A DNA stretch of 64,000 bases from Lama guanicoe (GCA_013239625.1 MU054187.1:23746795-23810794), one strand, 5' to 3'. Positions 12,470-24,792 are shown, counted from the stretch's first letter. The notes: generated by a model not told the origin, from the sequence alone. Made by a program: numbers and translations.

Positions 12470-13058
12470 GCATACATGCACCCTGATGTTCACAACAGCA
12501 CTATTTACATTGGCCAAGACATGGAAGCAGTCTAAGTGTCCATCAAAAGAAGAATAGATAAATAAGTAGTGTACATATATATAATGGAATATTGCTCAAA
12601 AATTTAAAAAAAGAATGAAATAATTCCATTTGCAGCAACATGGATGGGCCTAGAGATTATCATACTAAGTGAAGTAATTCAAACAAAGCCAAATATTATA
12701 TGATATCACTTATATGTGGAATCTAAAAAATAAATGAACTTATTTGCAAAACAGAAACAGAGTCACAGACATAGAAAACAAAGTAATGGTTACCAAAGGG
12801 AAAGAGGGGTGGGATTAATTCAGAGTATGGGACTAACAGATGCACACCACCATGTATAAAATAGATAAGCATCAAGGGTATACTGAATAGCACAGGGAAT
12901 TATATTCAATATCTTGTAATAAACTACAATGGAAAAGAATAAAAAAAGAATATAGATATATACATATATATGTAGAACTGAATCACTTTGCAGTACACCT
13001 GAAACTAACACAATATTATACATCAACTACACTTCATTAAAAAAATTTTAAAAATAAA
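12470..13058 (+). mobile_element. 5'-truncated L1 (ORF2 end plus 3'UTR), cetartiodactyl type
   Basis: 'atacatgcaccctgatgttcacaacagcactatttaca...gcaacatggatgggcctagagattatcatactaagtgaagtaa...' with A-rich tail; probable TSD aatattatgca/aataatatgca. Confidence 0.92.
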
Positions 13059-13509
13059 ATAATATGCAGAAAGCATGTGGTGTTGCCTTTTCGTTGTGCA
13101 TTTATTCTTTGTTGTGTAAGGAATAAATGAGGTACCAATGAAATGAGATTCCTGTAGGGAGTTGAGTTTGCATTCCTTTACATGGGAAGATTGAGAAATT
13201 ATCCCTGGAAGCTAAAATCTATCGTTTGTATTTTATCCTTCATAGAATTAAATAACCTTTTGAACAGTTTCAGGCCGAATTTGTACCATTACTTCCACCA
13301 TCACTTCCTATGAAATGCTGAGTGGACCCAGAATGCAGAAACATTCTTTCTCCCCAGAAATGAGGAAAAAATCCATTCAGAACAAAACAGTAGCTAAGAT
13401 ATTTGTTGCTACAATTTTCTTTAGTGAGAGTTCTATAAGGAACTAAGGCTACTGAAAATATCCCAATTCAACAGATAAGGGACAAGGAATATCTTTTACT
13501 CATTAACAG

Positions 13510-13760
13510 CAGTGGTGAGAGTCAGAGTGAAGGGGCTAAGAACTTGAGCTTTGGTACCAGACCGCAGGGTCTGAATTCTGCCCATGCTCTGCCACTTACT
13601 AGCTGGGTGGCCCTAAATAAAATCACTTTATTTCTTTGTATATAATTTCTTTTTCATAAAATATTAATATGCCTTTTGGTAGGAGATGAAGGAATTTATA
13701 TATTAAAAAGTTTCAACTATGACATGATAGGTAACATAAACACTCAAATATTTCCTAGTA
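13510..13760 (+). mobile_element. MIR SINE
   Basis: 'ggtctgaattctgcc...ctctgccacttactagctgggtggccct'. Confidence 0.75.
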
Positions 13761-13809
13761 CTAATAGCTATGTTGATAATCATAGGAATAAATTTGAAAT
13801 GGTTGTCAT

Positions 13810-14155
13810 ACAATGATCCAGGAACTGAATGTATTTGGTGTTTTACAATAGTGTCTTATTTAACCACTGAAATCACTTTCATGAAAGAGACAGTATATAT
13901 ATACATATATATACACACACATATACATACACACACATACATATGCATATACAAATATATACACATATTCACATACACACACACACACATATATACATAC
14001 ACATACGCACATATATACATATATATATAAATGTAGTTTTCAGATGAAAAAGTTAAGAAACAGTGGTTAAGAAACGTTCCCAAGTTCAGATAGCCTGGGG
14101 ATTCCGCGATGTCAACTCAGATCTGCCTGGTGTTAAGAGTAGGCTGTTAACCTCT
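13810..14155 (-). mobile_element. MIR SINE split by a microsatellite
   Basis: 'tttcagatgaaaaagttaag...ggttaagaaacgttcccaagttcagatagc' on the right of the TA/CA repeat; weaker MIR-like sequence on the left. Confidence 0.6.
13893..14028. repeat. Compound (TA)n/(CA)n microsatellite
   Basis: Directly visible alternating purine-pyrimidine tract. Confidence 0.95.
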
Positions 14156-15622
14156 ACTCCAGGGTATTTTCTTTAATACGGTCCAGTTGAGCTAGAATAG
14201 ATCATTGAGTCTTATATAAGGGGTCATAATTCTCATTTATTCATATGCAAATATTCTAATCATTTGAACAGAATATATTCCTTAAAATAGACCTTGCTCA
14301 TTGAGGAAGTGGATTAATCATAGCACCATTTTTAGGAAACTATTAAACCATTGCTGTGATTTAAATGGTGTCAGAAGAAATGACAGGCCGTATCAGTCTA
14401 TGCCAACAGCTTGCAAACATATGACTACAAGGACAGGTAAATGTAATGAGGCAAACTTATGCCTGTGCTTCTGTACCATTTAAGTGCAAGGACCAAAAAA
14501 ATCTTGCTGGATAACAAAAGCAGGAAAAACTGTCAAAATTTGTATTTAAAATATTATTGATAATGATGGTGTGCAATAAAAAATATAAATATTTATTATG
14601 AGTGTTTGGTTGTAAACTCTTTAAGGGCAGGATCCTTTTTTTTTTAATCCACATTTCCCCACATTACATTACTAACTTATTCTCCCACTGCATCTGTGGA
14701 CAAGAAGTGTACCAGTTGCAACAAGCTACCTGCATCTATCCCATATAATTTTTGTTACATAGAAGAGAAATTTCTGGCCCCATTAAAATCAGTCCCTCAT
14801 TCTGTGCCCTGAATTTCATTCCCATTAATTTTTCTCAAGGATATTGCTTCTGCAATTATGTTTTTTCTCTCGTGCACCAGTAACTTCTTTTTCTTTCTCT
14901 GCTGGGTCATTCTATTGGCATGCAAGATGACTTAAGATGATCCTTTTTTTTTTTTTTCAGAAAAATTCATTGTATATCTTCACATTTCTTCCAGTCACTG
15001 CCCCATTTTTCTCTTGTGCTTTCATGCAAAACTCCCATAAAAGAGTTGTTTATTTTTATTGTTCATTTCCTCTTCTAACTTCCCATTCTCTCTTCTACCT
15101 ACTCCAGTGAAGCTTTTCTCCTAGAACCTCCAATAAAGACACTTTTCAAGATTACAAATCATCACCGCTCTATTTAACTTGCCTTTTAACAACATTTGAC
15201 ATAAGTGATTACAGTTCTTTCTTGAAACACACACTGCCCTTTCCTACGAGGATGCCCAAGGTGCCTGAATTTCTTCCTACTTTATGAATGTCTTTTCAAG
15301 GTCTTTCTTGTGGCTCCTTTTCTACCAGACCTGTACCTAGTGCTCCAAATGTTTTCCTCTTCTAGGCAGACTGTAATTAGATAATCTTACCAAGACTCAT
15401 GACTTATATTACAACTAATACATAGATGACATTCAAATTAATATTTTTTTCCCTGGAACTCACTACTGAATTCCAGACTTTTCAGATTTAAAGTGGTCAG
15501 AACTATTTTTTCAAGCCTTCCTCATATCAGTAAATATAGTGTTCTATTTTGAACCATTTGTTTATTTCCAAAACCTAGATCATCTTTGATTCCTCACTTC
15601 CCCGCACATGACACACTAAATC

Positions 15623-16177
15623 TGTTACCCCAAAAGAGGAAGGGAAAAAGCTTCAGTTCTTGTCTTGTCCAAAAGAGAAGAATTCAGATGAGAGATGAAA
15701 GCGTTGTGTAGTGAAAGATTTTAAAGATTTTATTAGCAAAGCAAAAGTACACCTCCAAGAATGGGAGGCAGGCTGATCCAAGGCAGGATGACAGTGGTCT
15801 TTGTCCTTTTCTCTTATACCCTCGTTTAAAGGTGGTCTCTTGACTGACTGATGGTTCTTGCCCCTGGACTGCTAGTCATGCCTGTCCCTTTTTGTGCATG
15901 TCCTTACCCATGATATGCACCGAAAAGCCCATGTGGGAGGTGGGCGGCTAAACTGCAGTGCTAATTGTATTACAATGAGCACTGAGTCATGTCCAGTTAA
16001 GTCCTTGTCACTACCATGTAGTGGAGGCCATGGGGTTCTAACCAGTTTCTTGCTGGTGCTCATTTAAGGGAAGTAAAGCCCCTGATGCTGAAACTGGGTG
16101 TATCACCATCTTCTAGACCATCCTTTGTCTTCTCCACCTTAGCTGCCTGGTGCCCCCACTTATCTAATTGCCTAAAA
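15623..16177 (-). mobile_element. Solo LTR (555 bp) with 5-bp TSD AAATC
   Basis: AAATC at 15618-15622 and 16178-16182; terminus TGTTA at 15623; minus-strand TATAA (15814-15818) and AATAAA (15729-15734). Confidence 0.85.
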
Positions 16178-16368
16178 AAATCCATCAGTAAAACTCCTTG
16201 TCTCCACCTTCAAAATATTTCTACAGTCCAACCACTTCTCTGTTAAACCCAAACCCACACCAGCATCACCTTTCACCTGGGCTATTGCATAGTATCCTAA
16301 TAGTAACTTCACCTTCATCCTTGCTTCATTGTATTTCACCATTTACACAGCAGCCTGATTCTTCTTTC

Positions 16369-16875
16369 ATTTATTTATTTATTTTTGATTTTTGATTGTA
16401 CATGCACATTATATTGCATGTAAATACATATATACAGTATATTGCACTTTTTAAATTTACATGTATGTACTAATCATTGTTTCTAAGAACAGATTAGAGC
16501 TTTAGCTTTTTAAACTTACATAGTTATCAAAGGAATAAAGCCAACTACAAAATAAGAATCAACAGAATTCAATAATCCAATCATAAAGGACAGTCAGGTA
16601 TGCTTAACACGTATTCAAGAAATCAAAATAATAATTAGTACATTTGTGTCCTTATTATTATTGTTGTTTTTTTTAGCTTCCTCATATAAATGTTATCGTA
16701 TAGCATTTTTCTTTCTCTTTCCAGTTTACTTCACTTAGAATGACAATCTTCAGATCCATCCATATTGCTACAAATGGCATTATTTTATTCTTTTTTATGG
16801 CCGAGTAGTGTTCCATTGTGTATATATGTACCACATCTTCTTTATCTAGTCATCTGTTGGTGGACATTTGGGTTG
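16369..16875 (-). mobile_element. 5'-truncated L1 with an alternative 3' tail (copy 1)
   Basis: 16650-16875 is standard L1 ORF2-end/3'UTR (antisense); 16393-16626 is a different tail homologous to 21957-22191; (TTTA)n tail at 16369-16386. Confidence 0.85.
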
Positions 16876-17989
16876 ACATAAATCAGATTATGTCACTCCA
16901 CTGCTCAAACTCTTGAATGGCTATGACTTATCCTTGGAAAATAATTGAGAACTTTCTATTGTGTGGTCTTCAAGACCACACGTGATCGAGTCCCTGACTA
17001 CCTCTTTGATCTTGGAACCATTTGCTCACTCTGCTCTAGGTACTCTGGCTTATTTCCACTTAAGTGTTTATTTAATTCCTGAAATTCCATTTTCCATTCT
17101 TTTAAATGACTAACTTCTTTAAGTAAGTCATTCCTCTGAGTATAATACTTATTTTGAATCTTTCCTGGATGCTTTAATCTAAAGTCATTTACTCTGTCAC
17201 TTTCAATGATATCATCTTATCTCATTTTGTTCTTAGCATTTATAACTAACTGAAGTTAGTCTCTTTGCTTACATATTCATTTACTTGTGTGTGTATTTAC
17301 TTACCATCTGTATCATCCTGATCCCCAGCCACTGGAGTATAAGCCTCATGACAGTAAATGTCTTGTTTCATTTATTAATTGCTATTGAGAGGATGACTCC
17401 TGATTCTTTGCCAATCTTGGGGTAGAAAGGTAGGAAAGGGGAAATTATACAGGTCAAAACAAATAAAGATAGAGCATCATCTCTACTGAGAAAAATAATA
17501 GCCATGTAGTTATGTTAAGCTTAAAACCCTCAGGATGTGTGGATACTGTGTACTTTTATTTTTTTTTTCAGGAGGATGTTATTCATAATCCAGATCCATC
17601 ATTGCTGGGTCACTATGATGAGATTCAGTCGCCTTTAAATATAAACAGCAAGTTTCTGGGGAGAAAAGAGATCGCCAGAAGCACACAAAGTATAAAGCAT
17701 AGAAGATAAACGTAACCTAGAAATAGTCTTCTCTTTGCCTCTATCCGTCTTTCTCCTTTAGAAAACAGTTTTCTTACAGCATGTAATTTTATTTTAGTTT
17801 TTATTTTTCATCTAGCTTTTTAGGCTTCAGTCGTTGTTTTCATCATCATCCATAAAAGTTAACACTCATTGAAGTCTTACTAAATTTTAAAATTCCACTA
17901 GATTTTCAAATCCAGATGAAAGGATACTGGCATGTTTAGCTTACCATTATATTCTTGCTAATAAACACAGGTCTTAGGACCAATATCTA

Positions 17990-18212
17990 TCAAAACATTT
18001 TAGGAACTCTGATTAGTAGTACATTGTGCTGTCTCCCTAATCCTCATAAAAACAACATAACTTAAAATTTATTGCTTTCTCTTTTACTAAAATTAAGTAT
18101 AACAAGGAAACTTAAGTTAACTTGCCCAACAAAGATGACATGCTTATAAATAAAATGCTGGGACTGCAATCAAGATGGTGTAATTCTAGTGACTCATGCT
18201 TTTAATCACTTA
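17990..18212 (-). mobile_element. MIR SINE
   Basis: 'taatcctcataaaaacaac...aagttaacttgcccaa...catgcttttaatcact'. Confidence 0.65.
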
Positions 18213-18217
18213 GCCAA

Positions 18218-18400
18218 ATAATTCTCAAACTTTCGGGTACAAAGAATCATCTGAATTACTTCTTATAAAGATGAATTTCCAGTTCTTAACTCAGATATTC
18301 CATTCAGAAGTTCTTGGGTGAGGTCCATGGATCTGTACTTTGGACAATATGAGAGTGATTCCATTCTTGAAGGGAAGAGAATCATTCTTTGAGGGACAGT
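18218..18400. mobile_element. MER5-like hAT MITE
   Basis: 'ttctcaaactttcgggtacaaagaatcatctg...cattctttgagggacag' terminal motifs. Confidence 0.65.
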
Positions 18401-19559
18401 TAAATCACTCACACTATTCCATTGGACTTAGATGTATTGTAGGCATTTAATAATACTCACTAAATAGTAAATAATTGATTTGGAAGAATGGAGTCTTTTG
18501 ACATAAAGTTATGTTTAAATTTTAAAATATATCAAATACTATTTCAAATATTCTCATGTTACCTATGACATAGCAAAAATATTATACATACCACAGCAGG
18601 AACACTACAATCAATCCTTCAAGAGCATTGCTTCTTTCATAACATCACTTAATTCTTTTTTAAATATGTAATTACAATAAAGTCTTAAGAACTGAGTAAC
18701 CTCAAAAATTGACTGTTAGCCTCAATAATAACACACTGCTTGAGTTTTCCCACATAATCATCCAAGTGAGTTTACAGTTTTGGTGCCTGAAAATCAAATA
18801 ATAGAGATGATTCAGATCTTGTAAGCAGCCAACATGCTTTTTATTTATTAAAATATTCAAATGCTTTGGTCACATTCATATTTTCTGTCATTGTCCTTGT
18901 TTGACCTAATAGAAGACCCCCGCCCCGATTCTATAAAAAATTTTCACTCTGGAAATGTGTAACCCAAGTAAGAAATAAGGATATGGCACATGTGAATATG
19001 ATTTATATTGAGATTGTTAATTTAGGTATTTACCTATAAAAAAGCCTAGCTTTCAATGTTTAATATTTACCACAAAATCAGAAAAAGATCATAACCAAAA
19101 TTTAAAATCTTTTATGGTTATGTTGGAAGGTGAAGGAAAATCTAAATATTATCTATTTAGAATCTCTGTAAGAGAGAGGCAGACTCATTCACTTACATGA
19201 TGGCCGAAGTAGGAAAAAAGAAAGTTTTGCTAACTCAAGAGCAAAGATATAAAATACACTTCCAAAAATACAGAGATAAAAGCAATCAATATAAAAACAC
19301 AAGAATGCAATAATAGTTCATTGATATGTTTACATTAACAAGTATCCAGAGATCAAATAAAAACCAAGGCCTTTGCATTGTGACAAGGAGAAAATGCAAA
19401 TATATTCATAACATGTTAATTAAAAAGATACCTTATTAGAGGATATAAGCACACTTCCTTTTCCCTCGCTGTTTTTGTGTGTGTTATAAGGATAATACAC
19501 ACAGCAGGGGAACAAATGTGTCCCAGTTTTTCATTCCTGAGGAGAAGCCATCTGTAATT

Positions 19560-20200
19560 TTTTAAGTACTGATCAACTAATAAACAAATATTAGCCAAGA
19601 ATCATATGTGCTATGAACTAACAGAAAATATAAAACGTATTTCCTATTGTCCAATACCTTAAAGATTAGTGGAAGCACTTTCTACACTTTATGTTCTAAT
19701 AAATTAAGGGCAAAATGAGAACTAAAGATAATCAGACACACACACACACACACACACATATCTGTCTATTATCTATCTATCTGTCTATCTGTCTGTCTAT
19801 CTGTCTGTCTATCTATCTGTCTGTCTATCTATCTATCCATTCATCTATCTATCTATCTATATCAGCTAGATTAGGGTTGTCCGCATGGATAAGGTAGCAC
19901 TTAAGTTGAATCTTAAGAAATTTAGATTAATTTTGGAAATGGGGGCAAGGAATGCTTGTTTTGAAGCAAAAACAGGGGTAAAGTCATAGAAGAAAAATAT
20001 ACAACGAATATGTAAGAAAAGAAAATTGGCTACATTAGTAAAAGTTAAGAGTTTAGAAAAATACAGATAGGATTTCAAGAAGGAGGGAGTCACAAAGTAG
20101 AGGATTCCGACTGTCAGGAATGTAGGAAGACTGAAGGTACTAAAGGATTTTGAGGCTAGAAGAGGCATTTTGAAAGTGCGATTTGAAACCATTAGTGTAG
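19560..20200 (-). mobile_element. Degraded L2 fragment containing an STR
   Basis: Purine-rich L2-like motifs such as 'gtagcacttaagttgaatcttaag' and 'aaaggattttgaggctagaagaggca'. Confidence 0.5.
19736..19863. repeat. (CA)n followed by compound (TCTA/TCTG)n STR
   Basis: Directly visible. Confidence 0.95.
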
Positions 20201-21029
20201 TAAAACTGTGGTAGAGGGGAGCAGCAAGAACATTTGCATACTACAGAATTCCAGATTTCAGCAGCAGAGTGGAAAGAAAGGAGAAACACCATCACGCTAT
20301 GTTACTGAAGATAACTGGAAAAGTACCCGAAGGTGACATGTAACCTCAGACACTGGCCACTTACAGATTTTTTTTTTAATTTCATAGGAAAAGAAGATTC
20401 TCATAGATGGTAACTGTTGTCCTTAATTAACCAAACTCCTCTGAAGCCTTTGCCTGAGAGACACACAGCGAGTCTTTAGCTGGGATTAATGAGAAACAGC
20501 CATTAATTCCTTTGCTGAGGTATTTTGCCTTCTTTATCTCTGGATATGTAAGTCTCCCAAAATAGACTAGGGGAAAAAAATATTTCTTTCATTCCCTACA
20601 ATGCAAAAAAAAAAAGTTATCAACTTCAAAATAATGCAAAATCTTCCTCTCCAGGCAGAATAGTAACAAGAATTAAATATTCTCATCTTTGCTGAAGCCC
20701 GTGTATAAGTCTTAGGTCACCTCTCTTTGGTCTACTCTAATTACAGGGGGAGCAATTCTGGGTCTGTGGCTGGAGACTGTCCTTGAACAATGAAGTGTAC
20801 TCCTCAGGCAGAGGGATGAGAAGAGTGGGCATAACATCTAGACATTGACGGGCATTGACCTTGACAGGGATTAATGGGCATCTAAAAACCCTAGACAGCC
20901 CTGTCACTTGGGGTAATGAACTTTTTATCTCATTAAGAAAATATAATTATAATCTAGTCCAGACTGGGGAGGCATGCACAAGTTTGGCAAATGAATTTTT
21001 TAAAAAAGAGTTAGTTATGAAATTGGAAT

Positions 21030-21410
21030 GCAAAAAAAATATAATATTTCAGCTCTAAGTGGCTGGGGCAAGAGCAGAGACATCAGGAGAAACAGTAGAT
21101 TTTGAACTGACATTAATAAATTCATCCCAGACATTTTGAATGTGGGGTAATGGGGGAACATCCATATACACACTAAGGTGTAGAAAAATTTAAGAGATAT
21201 GGGCTGGATGCCAGCAGAGAGATATTGCAATGAAAATGTTGAGGTCATCTGCATAGAGGTTAAAATCATATAGCTGGATTAGAGGAAAATTTGTAGGAAA
21301 AAAATGAAAGTGCAAAGTCTAAGCTTTGAGGATTTTCTACATTTAGAAATTTGATAAAAGCTGTTATTAACAGAAAAAAGTAGGCAAACCTAGAAGCCAA
21401 GAGGAGAATG
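21030..21410 (-). mobile_element. L2 fragment
   Basis: 'gagatatgggctggatgccagcagagagatattg...gaggtcatctgcatagaggt'. Confidence 0.6.
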
Positions 21411-21738
21411 AGGAACATTTTTACTGAAGTCTGATAGGTAATGTTGACCATTTATTGATCAAATTAAAGCCAACGTTATCTTTGCCATCATCCAAAGTTT
21501 TTAGTAAGCAATAATATTTAATAACAATACATAGTAGTTATATATAATTATATTCCAAAGTAACTGGTTTATGTATGAACATGTCATGAAAATCAGTTTG
21601 TAAAGCAAGTATCCCATTACTTTTATAATCCTCAAATTCTCAAAATGTGCTCCTAAGGTCACATGACTCATCACATTTGTAACCTGCCTCAGTCTATTTG
21701 TTGTACATCAGTCAATAGTGGAAAAGACAGAGATGATT

Positions 21739-21926
21739 CTTCCTTTCTTCCTTCCTTCCTTCTTTCCTTCCTTCCTTCTTCCCTTCCTTCCTTTCTTTCT
21801 TTCTCTCTTTCTCTCTCTCTCTCTTTCTTTCTCTTTCTCTTTCTTTCTTTCTCTTTCCTTCCTTCTCTTTCTTTCATTCTTTCCTTCTTTCTCTTTCTTT
21901 CTTTCATTCATTCTTTCTTGTTTTTT
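21739..21926. repeat. (TTCC)n/(TTTC)n/(TC)n polypyrimidine microsatellite
   Basis: Directly visible; sits at the poly(A)-tail position of the adjacent retroposed segment. Confidence 0.95.
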
Positions 21927-22191
21927 CCAGTTTTATTACATAGAATTATTACAGGTTGACTGCACATACCCATTACATTGCATGTAAATACATATAAACA
22001 GTATACTGCACATTTTTTTAGTTTTCATATATGTACTAATTATAGTTTCTAAGAACAGATTAGACCTTTAGCTTTTTAAATTTATGTAATTATCAAAGGA
22101 ATAAAGCCAACTACAAAATAAGAATCAACAGAATGTGGTAATCCAATCATAAAGGGCAGTCACATGTGCTTATACATATTTAAGAAGTCAA
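21927..22191 (-). mobile_element. Retroposed L1-associated alternative 3' tail (copy 2)
   Basis: Homologous to 16393-16626; minus-strand AATAAA at 21932-21937 just before the A-rich tail; possible TSD atgattc (21733-21739 / 22195-22201). Confidence 0.8.
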
Positions 22192-22569
22192 TATATGATT
22201 CACTTTTTCATTGTCTCAAGCCAAGAGGAAGATAGGGTACAAATTTCTTCTCACATCTCATAAAATTAAGTTCCGTGATCTGGTATCTGGACATACAGTT
22301 GGACTCTGCTCCAGAGAAAGCAAAATTTAAATTTATAGTTTTTCTATCTAGATACATGATTCTGGTCATAATGGTATGCTAAGAAAGGTATTGTCCTAAG
22401 ACTCCAGGGTTGAAACATGGCACAGAAAGAAGATATTAAGTTGGAGAATCCATAATTTGTTCAAACACACTTCAGTTTTTTGTTCTCTGTAAAATGGCAT
22501 GATGATGATTGACTTTTATGTGAAGGAAATATAACCCTGTAACTGAACAGGATTTCACCTTAAAAGTAA

Positions 22570-23020
22570 TCTTTCTATTGAGATATGGTTGACATACAAT
22601 ATTATATGTTACAGGTGTATACAGAGTGATTAACACATTTTAAAGGTTATGTTACCTTTATAGCTATTATACAATATTGGCTATTTTCTCTGTGTTGTAC
22701 AATCTATCCTTGTAGTTTATTTATTTCATGCATAATAGTTTATACTTCTTAATCAGATACCACTATTTTGTCTGTTCGACCTTCCCTCTCCCCACTGGTA
22801 ACCACCTGTTTGTTCTCTATGTCTGTGACTCTGTTTCCTTTTCATTATATTCACTAGTTTTTTTTTAGATTCCACATACAAGTAATATCAGTGTTTATCT
22901 TTCCTCTGTCTGACTTATTTCACTTGGCATAATATCCTCCAAGTTCTTGCATGTTGTTGCAAATAGCAAAATTTCATTCTTTTTTATGGCTGAGTAGTAT
23001 TCCATTGTATATACAGATAT
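22570..23020 (-). mobile_element. L1 3' end
   Basis: 'attgagatatggttgacatacaatattatatgttacaggtgta...tttatggctgagtagtattccattgtatata'. Confidence 0.9.
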
Positions 23021-23463
23021 ATGAAAAACTTAATTGATCTTAAAGGTATTTCACAAAAATATTCATGTTATGTTTAGCTGTAGAAATAAATATCATAATG
23101 TATGTTATTAGAGGCAGCAAGCTTTTTTTATACCCTAAACTTCTTGTTCCAATAATTCTCAGCAAACTAGGAGTTATTTAATGTCATACAAAGAGAAATT
23201 TCATAATTTACTAGCTCACAGATGGGAACTGTATAACATCAGTGTACCATACAGTGATGACTTCCTCATCTCAGCCTCTTTTGTGACTACCAAGCTCAAT
23301 TGCCTACACATAAAGAAAGGAAAAAAACATTCCTGCTTGATTAATATACCCATGTTTGCTACTTACTTTTTATAGGCTAATAAGATAGTCAAGAAAAAAG
23401 GATTATTTTATTATTCTATTTTCCATAACTACAGAAGTAATTCTGGTAAAGTCAAATTTAGTC

Positions 23464-23825
23464 TGCTAGTCTAAATGTTTGTGCGCTGCCCCCCCCAACA
23501 AATTCCTATGCTGAAATCAAAACTCTTAAAGGTAATGGTATTAGTAGGTGGAACCCTTGGGAGAAGATTAACTTACAAGAGAGTGAAGCCCTCTTAAATG
23601 GGATTAAAAGTGACATTTTAATAAAAGACACAACAGAGCCCCCTGGCCCCTTCCTGCATGGGAGGCAGCAGTGGGACTCTCTGACCTGGAAAAGGGCTCC
23701 CACTCAAACACACTGACACCTGATCCTGGACTTCCAGAATCTACAACTGTGAGAAACAGATTTCTGTTGTTTATAAGCACCCAATCTGTGGTATTTTATT
23801 ATAGCAGCCCAAACAGACTAAGACA
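23464..23825 (+). mobile_element. MaLR LTR (MLT1A-like)
   Basis: 'ctaaatgtttgtg...ggacttccagaatctacaactgtgagaaacagatttctgttgtttataagc...agcccaaacagactaagaca'. Confidence 0.9.
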
Positions 23826-24599
23826 GGATCACAAAACGAATTTTTAAAAAGTGAATGGAGATATGAATGCAGGATTTCTTCACACTCTAAGATTTAGCTG
23901 CTATGGGAGACCACTTTCTGTAAAAGCCTGGGTCAGTGTAACTTGAGGCCACATACAAAGAACTAGAAAATACTCATTTTCAAATTTCACACTTGTATGT
24001 CCAGTGTTACATTTTAAGAATATATTTTTAAAGAACGTTAAGGTGCAATTGTAAATGCCTTGTACATAAAACAGCGTAGCAAAATAAGAGGAAAGGAAGC
24101 CCTTAAAATTGTTCAGTCTTTTCATTTTCCAAAGTGCTCACAGGTGTAAGTCTGAGAGAAGTAAGGAGTCACCAATCACTATGTCTCAGTTTTTGTTGTC
24201 TTGAAGGGCAAAAAAAAAGTAATTGCTAGAATCATTATGACAGATATTGACATTCCCTGAATTAATTATTTTATTCTCACACAACAGAGTTTAAAATGGT
24301 CTTTTATTGCCATAAGATAGAGTCATCCAAAGATGATTCATCACCCATAAAATAGATATTTTCTTTGCAAAAATATTTCAATGCATCATTCTCCTAATAC
24401 AAACAATAATGCTATAATGAAATATATGCATTCTTGAAAAAAAACCTTACTTTTTGAAAAATCAGACATAAAAATATCAGGGTTTATGGGTAAAACAGAC
24501 TTGTATAGATCATTCAATATTTATACAATTTTGTAATCAGAACCGAAATAAAAATAACATAAATACTAATTTAAAATGGTAATACTATTCAAAAGACAT

Positions 24600-24792
24600 G
24601 ATTGGTTCCCAGAAAATAAAGCAGTTGTCCAGCTGTATCAGTATCTCCTGGAAAGTTTTTAGAAATGTACATTCTCAGGCCCATTGAATTCCTAGCCCAT
24701 GGAATCAAAAATTCTGGGGCAGAGCTGAGAAATCTGTGTTTTCCCAAGCCTTCCAGGTGACTGCAGCACAATTTAAGGCTAGTGAATCACTG
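24600..24792. mobile_element. MER5A-like hAT MITE
   Basis: 'tagaaatgtacattctcaggccc...aatctgtgttttcccaagccttccaggtga...gaatcactg'. Confidence 0.8.

Larger units (their letters stand above)
14650..17380 (+). mobile_element. L2 LINE, interrupted by a solo LTR and an L1
   Basis: L2 motifs continue across both insertions ('cacactaaatc|catcagtaaaactcc', 'cacagcagcc...|acataaatcagattatgtcactcc') through to 'ctggagtataagcctcatgacag'. Confidence 0.75.

Noticed and set aside
13770..14083. His/Thr/Tyr- and Val/Cys/Tyr-rich ORFs
   Set aside because: Translations of a TA/CA microsatellite
20856..20864. TGACCTTGA (ERR/NR5A motif; also TCAAGGTCA at 45821-45829)
   Set aside because: Isolated 9-mers can occur by chance in 64 kb; no supporting context
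21663..21987. Four overlapping Lys/Glu/Arg- or Phe/Ser/Leu-rich ORFs
   Set aside because: Translations of the TTCC/TTTC repeat
16393..22191. The two homologous segments as paired LTRs, a CRISPR-like array or a tandem duplication
   Set aside because: No TG...CA termini or shared TSD; each copy has its own tail and unrelated flanks; the intervening DNA is older repeats
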